63,381 bases of DNA from an uncultured bacterium (GTDB taxonomy: Bacteria; Abyssobacteria; SURF-5). The stretch covers positions 1 to 63,381 of the forward strand of contig CAYVDS010000005.1 in NCBI GenBank assembly GCA_964450145.1, written 5' to 3'. The notes beneath the pieces are model-generated. The model did not search any database and was not told the DNA's origin. It saw nothing but the letters and a program-made list of their open reading frames with translations. A program made the position numbers and the translations under genes. Shown here piece after piece: positions 47,053 through 55,440 of the stretch (positions are counted from its first letter, which is position 1; the number at the start of each line of letters is the position of its first letter).

Positions 47053-47793
47053 GTGGCATGGAACAGCCGTAGACGCCGGTGGCGCGGCGGAAAGCCAGTA
47101 GAGGAAATCAGGACACCTGCTCAGTTTCACTACAGAAAGAAGGACGTTGACGAGCTTCTGGAACTCATATACTTGCTTGAGGAATCGGGTGGCAAGATCA
47201 CCGTCGAGGAATTGAAAGAAAAGAGCGAGGATGACACGGACGTGGATGAATTGCTCGATGAAATGGCGTCCGCCGGTCTCGTGACGGCGAGCAATGACGT
47301 CGTCACCTTTTCCGAAAACGGGAAAAGGGAGGCCGTGAAACTCATCCGCGCGCACAGGCTGGCCGAGCGCCTCCTTACTGACGTGCTGCTTATCTCGAAG
47401 GAGGGCGACCTCGAGAGTCAGGCTTGCGAGATGGAGCACATTCTCAATCCCGAGATCGTCGACAGCATCTGCACGATCCTGGGACATCCGAGTATTTGTC
47501 CGCATGGGAAGGAGATTCCTGACGGCCCGTGCTGCAAGGACAAGAAGCGGACCGCAGCGCCTGCGGTTCTCTCGCTCGATCAGCTCCAGAGTGGCGAATC
47601 GGGAAGGGTTCTGTATGTCGAGACAACGAACCATGCACGGCTCGACAAACTCACGACGTTCGGCATGCTCCCGGGCACTGTTATCAGAGTGCATCAGCGC
47701 CAGCCCTCGCTCGTAGTTCTCGTGGGAGAGACCCAGCTTGCAATCGACCGCGAAATCGCGCAGAATGTTCATGTTGTGAAGACAAGTTCCTGA
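47053..47793 (+). CDS. DtxR/IdeR-family metal-dependent regulator with C-terminal FeoA/SH3-like domain
   Basis: GTG 47053 lies 9 nt after AAGGAG (ORF-track TTG 47011 is the alternative). wHTH region, IRAHRLAERLLTDVL, metal-site HILNPE...CPHG, FeoA-like LSLDQLQSGESGRVLYV...LPGTVIRV. Confidence 0.8.
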   Translation: MAWNSRRRRWRGGKPVEEIRTPAQFHYRKKDVDELLELIYLLEESGGKITVEELKEKSEDDTDVDELLDEMASAGLVTASNDVVTFSENGKREAVKLIRAHRLAERLLTDVLLISKEGDLESQACEMEHILNPEIVDSICTILGHPSICPHGKEIPDGPCCKDKKRTAAPAVLSLDQLQSGESGRVLYVETTNHARLDKLTTFGMLPGTVIRVHQRQPSLVVLVGETQLAIDREIAQNVHVVKTSS

Positions 47794-47804
47794 GCACAAA
47801 AGCG

Positions 47805-47951
47805 AATGATGAATGATGAATTCGGAATGATGAAGACAAAAAGAAGCATTAAGAGGGAGTTTTGCCTGGGGCAGGCAAAGTTCAAAGAGTCCCTCGCTTT
47901 CCTTGTGCGCCATGTCTTGCGTTCATCATTCATCATTCATCATTCATCATT
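47805..47951. repeat. long inverted repeat of (AATGATG/TCATCAT)n arms
   Basis: AATGATGAATGATGAATTCGGAATGATGAA ... about 85 nt with an inner hairpin TTTGCCTGGGGCAGGCAAA ... TTCATCATTCATCATTCATCATTCATCATT. Solo arms near 42318-42340 and 54488-54512. Confidence 0.75.
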
Positions 47952-49041
47952 AAGGCTGAGATCACATGGTATTGCTCTCCTTCGCCTCATATTTATTCCA
48001 CTCCTTTTCTTCGCGTCTTCATGTCAGGCGAATCGCGGCCCGGCATATGAGGAACGGGCCGACATCATGGGTACGGTCTTTACCATAACCATTGACGGTC
48101 CGGGTGATCACAAGCGCGCGGCGCAAGCTGCGTTTGACGAGATTCGGCGTATCGACCGTCTCATGAGCACATATAAAGACGACAGCGAGATATCCGAGGT
48201 GAATCGGCTGGCGTGTAAAGCGCCAGTCAGTGTGGGGCCGAATTTCTGGAACGTCGTGACCGCATGCCGCTTGTATTCCAATATGAGCAACGGCTCGTTC
48301 GACCCGACTGTCTACCCGCTCATGAAAATGTGGGGATTCACGCGCCACGAGGGGCGCCTTCCGAGTGGTGAAGAGATGAAAAAGACTGTGCCGCTGCTCG
48401 GCTTTGAAAAAGTGAGGTTGGACGAGTCTGCGCGCACCATCAGTTTCACGCGGGAGGGAATGGGGCTGGATTTCGGAGGGATCGCGAAAGGATATGCGGT
48501 TGACCGGGCTATAGAAGTGCTCAAGGGATTCGGCGTGACGAGCGCCATCGTTGACGCGGGTGGCAATTTCTATGCGCTCGGAACACCGGCGGACAGAGCG
48601 TACTGGCGCGCAGGCATCCGACATCCGCTGAGGGCCGACGAGGTGATCGCGCGGCTTCCCGTTGCGGGCAAAGGCGTTTCCACCTCGGGCAACTATGAAC
48701 GCTTCTTTGAGATAGGGGGCAAGAAATACTGCCACATTATGGACCCGCGGACGGGGTGGCCGGTCGAAGGGATGCTGAGCGCGACTGTCATCGCCGACAG
48801 TGCAATGGCGGCTGATGCGCTCTCGACCGCGGTTTTCGTTCTCGGGCAGGAAAAGGGAATGCAATTGATTGAACAATTGCCCGGCGTCGAGGGAATGCTC
48901 ATTTTGCCGGAAAAGAACCCACCCTCGGGAAATCGGGGACACGATGAGGCATCATGTCCCCGATTTCCCGAAGATTTCACAATCTTGATATCTTCCGGCC
49001 TGAAAGACGTTGTTGAACTGCTGGTTCCTGCATCCTCATAA
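47917..49041 (+). CDS. apbE: FAD:protein FMN transferase (ApbE), probable lipoprotein
   Basis: GTVFTITI, LDFGGIAKGYAVD, HIMDPRTG. Lipobox LLFFASSC. Start poorly defined (TTG 47917, GTG 47905, ATG 47806/47827) because the 5' region lies inside an inverted repeat. In-frame palindrome at 48928-48969. Confidence 0.8.
   Translation: MRSSFIIHHSSLRLRSHGIALLRLIFIPLLFFASSCQANRGPAYEERADIMGTVFTITIDGPGDHKRAAQAAFDEIRRIDRLMSTYKDDSEISEVNRLACKAPVSVGPNFWNVVTACRLYSNMSNGSFDPTVYPLMKMWGFTRHEGRLPSGEEMKKTVPLLGFEKVRLDESARTISFTREGMGLDFGGIAKGYAVDRAIEVLKGFGVTSAIVDAGGNFYALGTPADRAYWRAGIRHPLRADEVIARLPVAGKGVSTSGNYERFFEIGGKKYCHIMDPRTGWPVEGMLSATVIADSAMAADALSTAVFVLGQEKGMQLIEQLPGVEGMLILPEKNPPSGNRGHDEASCPRFPEDFTILISSGLKDVVELLVPASS
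48928..48969. repeat. family B palindrome, in frame inside apbE
   Basis: GGAAATCGGGGACACGATGAGGCATCATGTCCCCGATTTCCC, 42 nt = 14 codons (GNRGHDEASCPRFP). Confidence 0.9.
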
Positions 49042-49215
49042 AGAAGTTTCAGGTTTCAGGTTTCGAGCTGAAAAAAGGCAACGAATTCCCCTTTACTCGC
49101 CATTCGTCACTTTATGTTTTGCCGTTTCTCGTCTTCTTTTACTTGCGGTTTTCCAGCACCTTCAGTTTGATTTTTTCCTTTCGTCTTTCGCTTGCATCTC
49201 TACCCATCTTCTTGT

Positions 49216-49245
49216 TTGACAAACCTTGAGCAGTGTCGTTATTAT
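49216..49245 (+). promoter_or_regulatory. sigma70-like promoter placed for a leaderless dehydrogenase mRNA
   Basis: TTGACA - 18 nt - TATTAT, then 6 nt, then ATG 49252. No Shine-Dalgarno sequence. Confidence 0.4.
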
Positions 49246-49251
49246 TGAGCC

Positions 49252-50280
49252 ATGCGCGTGGCGATGTATTACAACAACAATGATATTCGTATCGAGGAGC
49301 GGCCAACTCCGAAGATCGGGCCCGGCGAGCTTCTTATGCGGATCGAGGCCAGCGGCATATGCGGAAGCGATGTTATGGAATGGTACCGCATCAAGAAGGC
49401 GCCGCTCGTGCTCGGGCATGAAGTTGCGGGTGAGGTTGTCGAAGTCGGGGAGGGGGTTAGGAAATACAAGGTTGGCGATCGCGTCGCGGCTTCGCATCAT
49501 GTTCCGTGCAATACATGTGACTATTGTTTGAGCGGACACCACACCGTCTGCGACACCCTGCGCACCACGACTTTTGATCCGGGCGGATTTGCCGAATACG
49601 TGCGGCTTCCAGCCATCAATGTCGACCGCGGAGTGTATCCGCTCCCCGAGGAAATGCCGTATGAGATCGCTACCTTCATTGAGCCGCTCGCATGCGTCCT
49701 TCGCGCTCAGCGAATCGCGCGGCTGCAGCCGGGCCAGAGCGTGCTTGTCGTTGGAAGTGGAATGACTGGCCTGCTGCATATGTGTCTTGCGCGCGCGGTG
49801 GGCGCCGGCTCCATCATGGCCACAGATATTTCTCAGTACCGGCTCGATGCTGCGCTCCGTTTTGGCGCCGCTGTGGGCATCCACGCGTCGGACAATATTT
49901 CTGAGGCCGTTCGTGACTACAACCACGGCAAACCAGCGGACGTCGTGTTCGTGTGCACCGCAGCAGTGAGCGCAATCGACCAGGCGTTGCAGTCGGTCGA
50001 CCGCTGCGGCACGGTTCTCTTTTTCGCTCCGACAACGCCGGGAGTCAAGGCTCCCATTGACGTGAACGAACTCTTCTTCCGCAACGGCGTTACACTCACG
50101 TCCTCATACGCGGGCAGCCCAGCCGATCATGTGACGGCCCTCACGCTCATCGAGTCGAACGTTGTGAACTTGGAAGAAATGATTACTCACCGGCTGAGCC
50201 TCGAGCAGACCGGCCTTGGGTTCAAGCTGGTGGCTGATGCGAAGGAATCGATTAAGGTCATCATTCAACCGCAAAAATGA
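49252..50280 (+). CDS. zinc-dependent MDR-family dehydrogenase (threonine/sorbitol dehydrogenase-like)
   Basis: GICGSDVMEW, GHEVAGEVVEVG, structural-Zn CNTCDYCLSGHHTVC, Rossmann VLVVGSGMTG. Confidence 0.85.
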   Translation: MRVAMYYNNNDIRIEERPTPKIGPGELLMRIEASGICGSDVMEWYRIKKAPLVLGHEVAGEVVEVGEGVRKYKVGDRVAASHHVPCNTCDYCLSGHHTVCDTLRTTTFDPGGFAEYVRLPAINVDRGVYPLPEEMPYEIATFIEPLACVLRAQRIARLQPGQSVLVVGSGMTGLLHMCLARAVGAGSIMATDISQYRLDAALRFGAAVGIHASDNISEAVRDYNHGKPADVVFVCTAAVSAIDQALQSVDRCGTVLFFAPTTPGVKAPIDVNELFFRNGVTLTSSYAGSPADHVTALTLIESNVVNLEEMITHRLSLEQTGLGFKLVADAKESIKVIIQPQK

Positions 50281-50452
50281 AGGGGGAAAAGGGGAAACGG
50301 TTAAAAGGGGAAACGGGAAGCTAAGAATGTTGCGAGTCGAAAACCGAAGGTCGAAGGTCGCGGGCCACAGTTGAGGAAAAGACTCGAGACTCGAAACACC
50401 GCGCCTTGCGCGATTCCCTTTTCGCCTTTTCCCCTTTTAACCTTTTCGCCCC
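50281..50452. repeat. long imperfect inverted repeat of purine-rich GGGGAAAAGG words
   Basis: AGGGGGAAAAGGGGAAACGGTTAAAAGGGGAAACGGGAAG ... about 95 nt ... TCCCTTTTCGCCTTTTCCCCTTTTAACCTTTTCGCCCC. Related single arms near 42270-42315, 60095-60135 and 61838-61870. Confidence 0.7.
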
Positions 50453-50523
50453 GCGAAAGTGAGATTATTCATCTATGTGCCAGAGTTGGGTAGACACCAT
50501 TAAGATCAAAGGAGGTTATTAAG

Positions 50524-51321
50524 ATGGATTGGGGACTACAGAATCGGCTTTCTCGCATAATTAATCCCAAGACGAAAAGGACGGTAATGCTGGCGGTGGA
50601 CCACGGCTATTTTCAGGGGCCTACGACGGGCCTGCAGCAGCCGGGCAAGACGATCAAGCCGCTGATCCCGTACGCTGATTCGCTGATGCTCACGCGCGGG
50701 GTATTGAGAGCGTGCATAGACCCGGGCACGGACATACCTATTGTTCTCCGCGTTTCCGGCGGCACGAGCATTCTGAAAGAGTTGTCGAACGAAGGGCTGA
50801 CAACCTGCGTGGAGGAAGCCATCCGTTTGAATGTCTCTGCCATTACGCTCTCGATCTTTGTCGGCGGCGAGTACGAGAGGCAGACGCTGCTGGCGCTCGG
50901 GCATTTGGTTGACGAGGGCAATAAGTATGGGATTCCCGTGCTTGCGGTAACGGCGGTCGGCAGGGAAATGGCTCGCGACGCCCGCTACCTGGGACTCGCA
51001 TGCAGGATCGCCTCCGAGATCGGCGCTCACTTTGTTAAGACCTATTATTGCGAGGATTTCGAGAAGGTCGTCGAAGGGTGTCCCGTGCCGCTAGTTATTG
51101 CCGGCGGTAAGAAACTTCCCGAGCGCGAAGCTCTCGAAATGGCTTACAACGCAGTCAGCCGCGGCGCCTCCGGCGTGGATATGGGCCGGAACATATTCCA
51201 GTCGGACCACCATGTGGGCATGATCAAAGCGGTTCGCGCGATTGTTCAGAAAAACGCTTCAGTCGACGAGGCGTATAAGATTTACGAAGAGGCGAAGAAT
51301 AGGAAAGGCATTACAGTATAG
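50524..51321 (+). CDS. DhnA-type class I aldolase, LsrF-like (3-hydroxy-5-phosphonooxypentane-2,4-dione thiolase family)
   Basis: DWGLQNRLSRIINPKTKRTVMLAVDHGYFQGPTTGL, Schiff-base Lys in HFVKTYY, and VIAGGKKLPEREALEM...GASGVDMGRNIFQSDH closely resemble E. coli LsrF as I remember it. Confidence 0.8.
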   Translation: MDWGLQNRLSRIINPKTKRTVMLAVDHGYFQGPTTGLQQPGKTIKPLIPYADSLMLTRGVLRACIDPGTDIPIVLRVSGGTSILKELSNEGLTTCVEEAIRLNVSAITLSIFVGGEYERQTLLALGHLVDEGNKYGIPVLAVTAVGREMARDARYLGLACRIASEIGAHFVKTYYCEDFEKVVEGCPVPLVIAGGKKLPEREALEMAYNAVSRGASGVDMGRNIFQSDHHVGMIKAVRAIVQKNASVDEAYKIYEEAKNRKGITV

Positions 51322-51336
51322 GGAAACCTGCTGTTA

Positions 51337-51363
51337 CCGCAAGGCGCGAAGGTCGCAAAGAAG
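51337..51363 (+). repeat. family D
   Basis: CCGCAAGGCGCGAAGGTCGCAAAGAAG. Confidence 0.7.
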
Positions 51364-51381
51364 CCCTTTTCGCCCCTTTGT

Positions 51382-52482
51382 TTACGTGTAGATTTGGCGC
51401 ACTGCGGGTTTCCTGCGGGCGCCGTGGATGGTGCGAGCCTGCTTCGCGCGTTCGATGCGGCGTTCGGCTAACCTGTCAGCAGCGACGCACGTCGGGATTT
51501 TATCCGCTTTTGCGATTCGGATGACGCGCGCGACCGCGTTGTATATCCGACCGGCTTTGCGCAGCGCGCGGGCGTGATCGTATCCTTTCAGTTCCTGAGC
51601 GACGTTGATGAGGCCGCCCGCGTTTATTACGTAGTCAGGCGCAAAGAGTATTCCGCGACTTTCGAGTTTGCCGCAAGAGCCTTCCGACTTGAGTTGATTG
51701 TTGGCAGAACCCGCGACGATCCTGCATTTGAGCGAACGAATAGTCTTGTCGTCCAGAATCCCGCCGAGGGCGCACGGCGCGAAAATGTCGCATTTCACCG
51801 AGTATATTTTCTCGGGCTTGACGTACTCGGCCCCGAACTCCTCGACAACTCTCTCCGCTTTCTTCTTGTAAATGTCAGTGACGATGATGCGAGCGTTTTC
51901 TTTTGCAAGATATTTGGCAAGGTAATACGCCACATGACCCGCCCCTTGTATGGCGACGGTAAGTCCGCTGAGATCATCGCTTTTGAAGGCAGCCTTGGTA
52001 CACGCCTTCATGCCATGAAGCACGCCGTATGCGGTCACAGGCGAAGGATCGCCGCTGCCGCCGTGTTCGATTTCGAGGCCAACCACGTGCCGCGTTTCTT
52101 TTCGGATAATCATCATGTCTTCAGTGGATGTTCCCACGTCTTCGGCGACGATGTACCGGCCCTTCAGCGTATTGATGAACCGGCCGAACGCGCGCAGCAG
52201 CGGTTCGGTCTTGTGCGTCTTCGGATTGCCGATGATGACGCTCTTGCCACCGCCGAGGTTGAGGCCGGCGACAGAGGCCTTATATGTCATGCCGCGGGCC
52301 AGCCGCAGCACGTCATCGATGCCAGCGCGCTCCGAGGTGTATTGCCAGAAACGGCATCCGCCAAGGGCAGGTCCGAGGGTCGTGCTGTGAATCGCCACGA
52401 TAGCTTGAAGGCCTGTGGCGCGGTCTTGAAAGAAAACCAGTTCTTCGTAATCAAACTCCTCCATCCGTTGAAAGATAATCAT
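51382..52482 (-). CDS. Leu/Val/Phe dehydrogenase (Glu/Leu/Phe/Val dehydrogenase family)
   Basis: 366 aa. [21 protein letters not shown], Rossmann [10 protein letters not shown]. Confidence 0.85.
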   Translation of the reverse strand: MIIFQRMEEFDYEELVFFQDRATGLQAIVAIHSTTLGPALGGCRFWQYTSERAGIDDVLRLARGMTYKASVAGLNLGGGKSVIIGNPKTHKTEPLLRAFGRFINTLKGRYIVAEDVGTSTEDMMIIRKETRHVVGLEIEHGGSGDPSPVTAYGVLHGMKACTKAAFKSDDLSGLTVAIQGAGHVAYYLAKYLAKENARIIVTDIYKKKAERVVEEFGAEYVKPEKIYSVKCDIFAPCALGGILDDKTIRSLKCRIVAGSANNQLKSEGSCGKLESRGILFAPDYVINAGGLINVAQELKGYDHARALRKAGRIYNAVARVIRIAKADKIPTCVAADRLAERRIERAKQARTIHGARRKPAVRQIYT

Positions 52483-52601
52483 AGTGTCCTCGCCTCTCCC
52501 CTCTGCTCACTGAATGATATCTGACAGATTCCCCTGCTAAGACACACAATGCGGGGCGTTATTTTGGATTTTGGATCACTGCTGTCCAATAAGAATCCGA
52601 A

Positions 52602-52634
52602 CCGCAGAGGACGCCGAGGTTCGCAGAGAAAAAG
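52602..52634 (+). repeat. family D
   Basis: CCGCAGAGGACGCCGAGGTTCGCAGAGAAAAAG. Confidence 0.65.
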
Positions 52635-52723
52635 CAAAGGAGAAAGAGTGAAAAGCCTGTCTGTCGGCCTAGAGTCACTTTCCCATCGGCGTTTGTCGGC
52701 GTTCATCGGCGGTTCCAATGCCT

Positions 52724-53374
52724 TCATTCTTTCTTCTTGAGTCTGCGGAGACTTTTTTCCTCTAACTTCTTTGTGTATGTCGCCCATGCGTCGGCGTCGC
52801 CCGGTTTCTTGCGCCACAGGCGGAACTTGCACGTAGGCGCGCCCGCCGGGATGATGCTCTCGAACGCGACGTGGAATGCGTCCACTCCGAGTTTCTCGCG
52901 ACAATGCTCGAGAATCCCCTGTACGAAGTAGCGCTGTACCCGACAATCGAATGGCAGATAGACGTCCTGAAGTGGGCACCATAGGATGTCGAAGCCGCAC
53001 TCGTCCTCGCTCAGAATCCACGGGTCCTCGAGCGACGCCCACAGAACGGTGTTGATATATGTTGCGATTTGACTCATGACCTCGACTTGCGACATGTCGG
53101 GTGGGACTTCCGCCCCTTCCAGCATCTGGCGCGCGGCGTCGCGGCCGACTTTTCGAATTGCCTCGCCGGCCACCTTCTGGCCTTCCTCGCCGAAGCGTTC
53201 CTCAACGTCTTTCAGCAATTGGATGACTCCGAGCGACATCATGAGCCCCCACTGGAACAGCGTCGCGGGGTCAAACTCCGGCTTTGAGAGCACATCCTTC
53301 CGGAGCTTCTCGACGGCTTTCTTGTAGGCCACGCCGAACTTGACGTGTTTTCGATTCTTCGTTGTCTCGTACAT
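52724..53374 (-). CDS. hypothetical protein (possibly ATC-hydrolase-like fold)
   Basis: ATG 53374 lies 6 nt after GGAGG (ORF-track TTG 53392 is less likely). The Cys-containing C-terminus ...CGFDILWCP...APTCKFRLWRK is reminiscent of PF14196, but I cannot verify this. Confidence 0.5.
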   Translation of the reverse strand: MYETTKNRKHVKFGVAYKKAVEKLRKDVLSKPEFDPATLFQWGLMMSLGVIQLLKDVEERFGEEGQKVAGEAIRKVGRDAARQMLEGAEVPPDMSQVEVMSQIATYINTVLWASLEDPWILSEDECGFDILWCPLQDVYLPFDCRVQRYFVQGILEHCREKLGVDAFHVAFESIIPAGAPTCKFRLWRKKPGDADAWATYTKKLEEKSLRRLKKKE

Positions 53375-53395
53375 GTGGATCCTCCGTTTCAAGGA

Positions 53396-54286
53396 TTACT
53401 TCCTCAGCCCCGCGTCGGTGAGGACCCGGATGACGAGGTCCTTCTGCTCAGGCGTGAGCGGCGGCAGCGGGCTTTTCACGGACGGCGTGATGGGGACACC
53501 CAACTGGCGGAGCGCCTCTTTCATCATCGCGTGAGGGGTCATCGAGGTCGTCATCAGCGGCACGAATTTGAAGAGGAACGACATGAGCTCGGTCGCCTTA
53601 TCCATGTTTCCGCTCTTCAGCGCGTTGTAAAATTCGACGGATTGTTTGGGCGCGATGTTGGGGAGCACGCAAATGCAGCCGCATGCGCCTTGCTGCATAG
53701 CGGGCATCAGGTTCAGAACCGTGCCGGAAAGAACGGAGAACGGTTTCTTGCTGACGAGTCTCGCGAGTTCTCCCATTTCGTCGACGTCGGGAATGGTTTC
53801 CTTCACGCCGACAACCTGCTCGATTTTCGCGAGCTCCGCTATCTCAGCGGGAGAGAGCTTCAAATGCGTGGTATCGGGAATATTGTAGTACAGTATCGGG
53901 AAGCCCACCTCGCTCGATATGCGTTTGTAATGCCGCTTCACGTCCTCGAAACTGATCGGATAGTAGATGGGCAGAGCCACCATCGCGGCGTCGGCGCCAG
54001 CGTCGCGCGCATACTTCGTGAGCGCGATCACCTGATCTGTGCCGAAGTAGCCGGTTCCGATGATGACGGGCACGCGCCCGCGCGCCTCTTCGACGGCGAT
54101 GTCGATAAGCTGCCGTTTCTCCTCGTCGGACAGATACGGGAACTCGCCGTTGCTGCCGAGAACGACGAGGCCGTGCACCCCTTCGGCGATGAAGTGATTC
54201 ACCATGTGGCGCATCCCGCGCTCATCCACCTCATCGTCCGCAAACGGCGACATCATGACTACGAATACACCCTCGAGCGTTTTCAT
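53396..54286 (-). CDS. DapA/NAL-family class I lyase (dihydrodipicolinate synthase family)
   Basis: 296 aa. GVHGLVVLGSNGEFPYLSDEEK, Schiff-base Lys in VVGVKET, YYNIP. Confidence 0.85.
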   Translation of the reverse strand: MKTLEGVFVVMMSPFADDEVDERGMRHMVNHFIAEGVHGLVVLGSNGEFPYLSDEEKRQLIDIAVEEARGRVPVIIGTGYFGTDQVIALTKYARDAGADAAMVALPIYYPISFEDVKRHYKRISSEVGFPILYYNIPDTTHLKLSPAEIAELAKIEQVVGVKETIPDVDEMGELARLVSKKPFSVLSGTVLNLMPAMQQGACGCICVLPNIAPKQSVEFYNALKSGNMDKATELMSFLFKFVPLMTTSMTPHAMMKEALRQLGVPITPSVKSPLPPLTPEQKDLVIRVLTDAGLRK

Positions 54287-54423
54287 ATTCTTCTCCTAGT
54301 TTCTTTTTGGAACACGAATGCCACGAATCCCGCGAAGCGGGGGGAACGAATTACATGAATAAGAAACCGGAATCCTCAGATTTCGCAGATTTATGGCAAA
54401 ACGAGTTTAAGCCCGGATAGCGG

Positions 54424-54453
54424 AAAAATCCCCCTTTTTGTAACGGGGGAATT
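54424..54453. repeat. family C palindrome (short form)
   Basis: AAAAATCCCCCTTTTTGTAACGGGGGAATT. Confidence 0.6.
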
Positions 54454-54544
54454 AGTGGCCCCCTTTCGATTCGTAGACCCTTGTGGTTTCATCATTCATC
54501 ACTCATCATTCCTGGCCTTGCCCTTCACACTTCACCCTTCCTGT

Positions 54545-55366
54545 CTAACCTTTTCCCCCTTTTAGTTTTCCATCGCGGTAGGCCGTGATATAGCGGATGC
54601 AGTATTCATCCATGCCGAGGAGCGCTTCGGCCGCTGTGAGCGGCGTCATGATGGTACTATTGCATGGGTCAACGAACGCACAGTCGATGCCCGCGGCCAT
54701 CGCCATCACAAGGTACGTCGCTTCAAGAAGCGACCGTTGCGGCAACTGAAACGAGATATTGCCCACCCCGGCAACAATGTGGACATCGGGCAGCCGCTCG
54801 CGGATCATCGAGATTGCCCGGAGTGTTTCCTTGCCCGAATTCGGCGAGACGCTGACCGGCATCACCACGGGGTCAACAAATATTTTCTTCTGCCCGATTC
54901 CGGCATCGGTAAGCCTTTCAACCAACTGGACGGCGATATCCAGTTTCTTTTCCGCCTGCTCCGGCACCTGAATCGAATCAATCGTAAGAGCCACAACACC
55001 GCACGAATGCTTGACTGCCAGAGGGACGAGACCGTCCAGCCTGTTGCTTTCAAGCGTGACCGAATTAATGACAGCCTCGCCACGATGATCCCTAAGAGCC
55101 CTGTCGACGGCCTCGGGGTCGGCGCTGTCAATCCATAGTGGCGTATCCACTGCGGACTGCACGACCCGAACGAGCCACGGGAGATATTCGGCCTCTTTGC
55201 CGACGAACGCTCCCGCATTCACGTCAATATAGGCCGCTCCCGCGTCCCGCTGCATGCGCGCTTCCTGCTGAACGAGCGATTCGTTTTTCTCCTCGATCGC
55301 CTTTGCAATAGTCTTTCGGGAGGAGTTGATACGCGCGCCGATGGTAATAAGTCCACGAGCATTCAT
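54545..55366 (-). CDS. pterin-binding methyltransferase (methylcorrinoid:tetrahydrofolate methyltransferase-like)
   Basis: ITIGARINSSRK...AGAAYIDVNAG...AVINSVTLE is the pterin-binding (DHPS-like) barrel. ATG 55366 follows AGGTGG. The longer ORF start at 55444 would translate a family-B palindrome. Confidence 0.75.
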   Translation of the reverse strand: MNARGLITIGARINSSRKTIAKAIEEKNESLVQQEARMQRDAGAAYIDVNAGAFVGKEAEYLPWLVRVVQSAVDTPLWIDSADPEAVDRALRDHRGEAVINSVTLESNRLDGLVPLAVKHSCGVVALTIDSIQVPEQAEKKLDIAVQLVERLTDAGIGQKKIFVDPVVMPVSVSPNSGKETLRAISMIRERLPDVHIVAGVGNISFQLPQRSLLEATYLVMAMAAGIDCAFVDPCNSTIMTPLTAAEALLGMDEYCIRYITAYRDGKLKGGKG

Positions 55367-55396
55367 GATCTCTGCCACCTTCAAGGCCGGGGGTGA

Positions 55397-55440
55397 CGCA
55401 TATTCGGTGACACCATGCGGCATGGTGTCCCCGAATATGC
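55397..55440. repeat. family B palindrome
   Basis: GCATATTCGGTGACACCATGCGGCATGGTGTCCCCGAATATGC, between the URO-D and pterin-binding methyltransferase genes. Confidence 0.9.

Noticed and set aside
46786-47913. 375-aa ORF on the minus strand, the longest unassigned ORF in the track
   Set aside because: It is antisense to the Zn-ribbon gene, the DtxR-family gene (clear wHTH, metal-site and FeoA-domain motifs on the plus strand) and the apbE 5' repeat. It has no recognisable motif, and its ends run through repeat elements. This is a typical shadow ORF.
53345-54358. 337-aa plus-strand ORF covering the DapA-family gene
   Set aside because: It has an Arg/His/Gly-rich, low-complexity composition typical of the antisense frame of a GC-rich gene. 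The minus-strand product has the DapA/NAL motifs and a good RBS.
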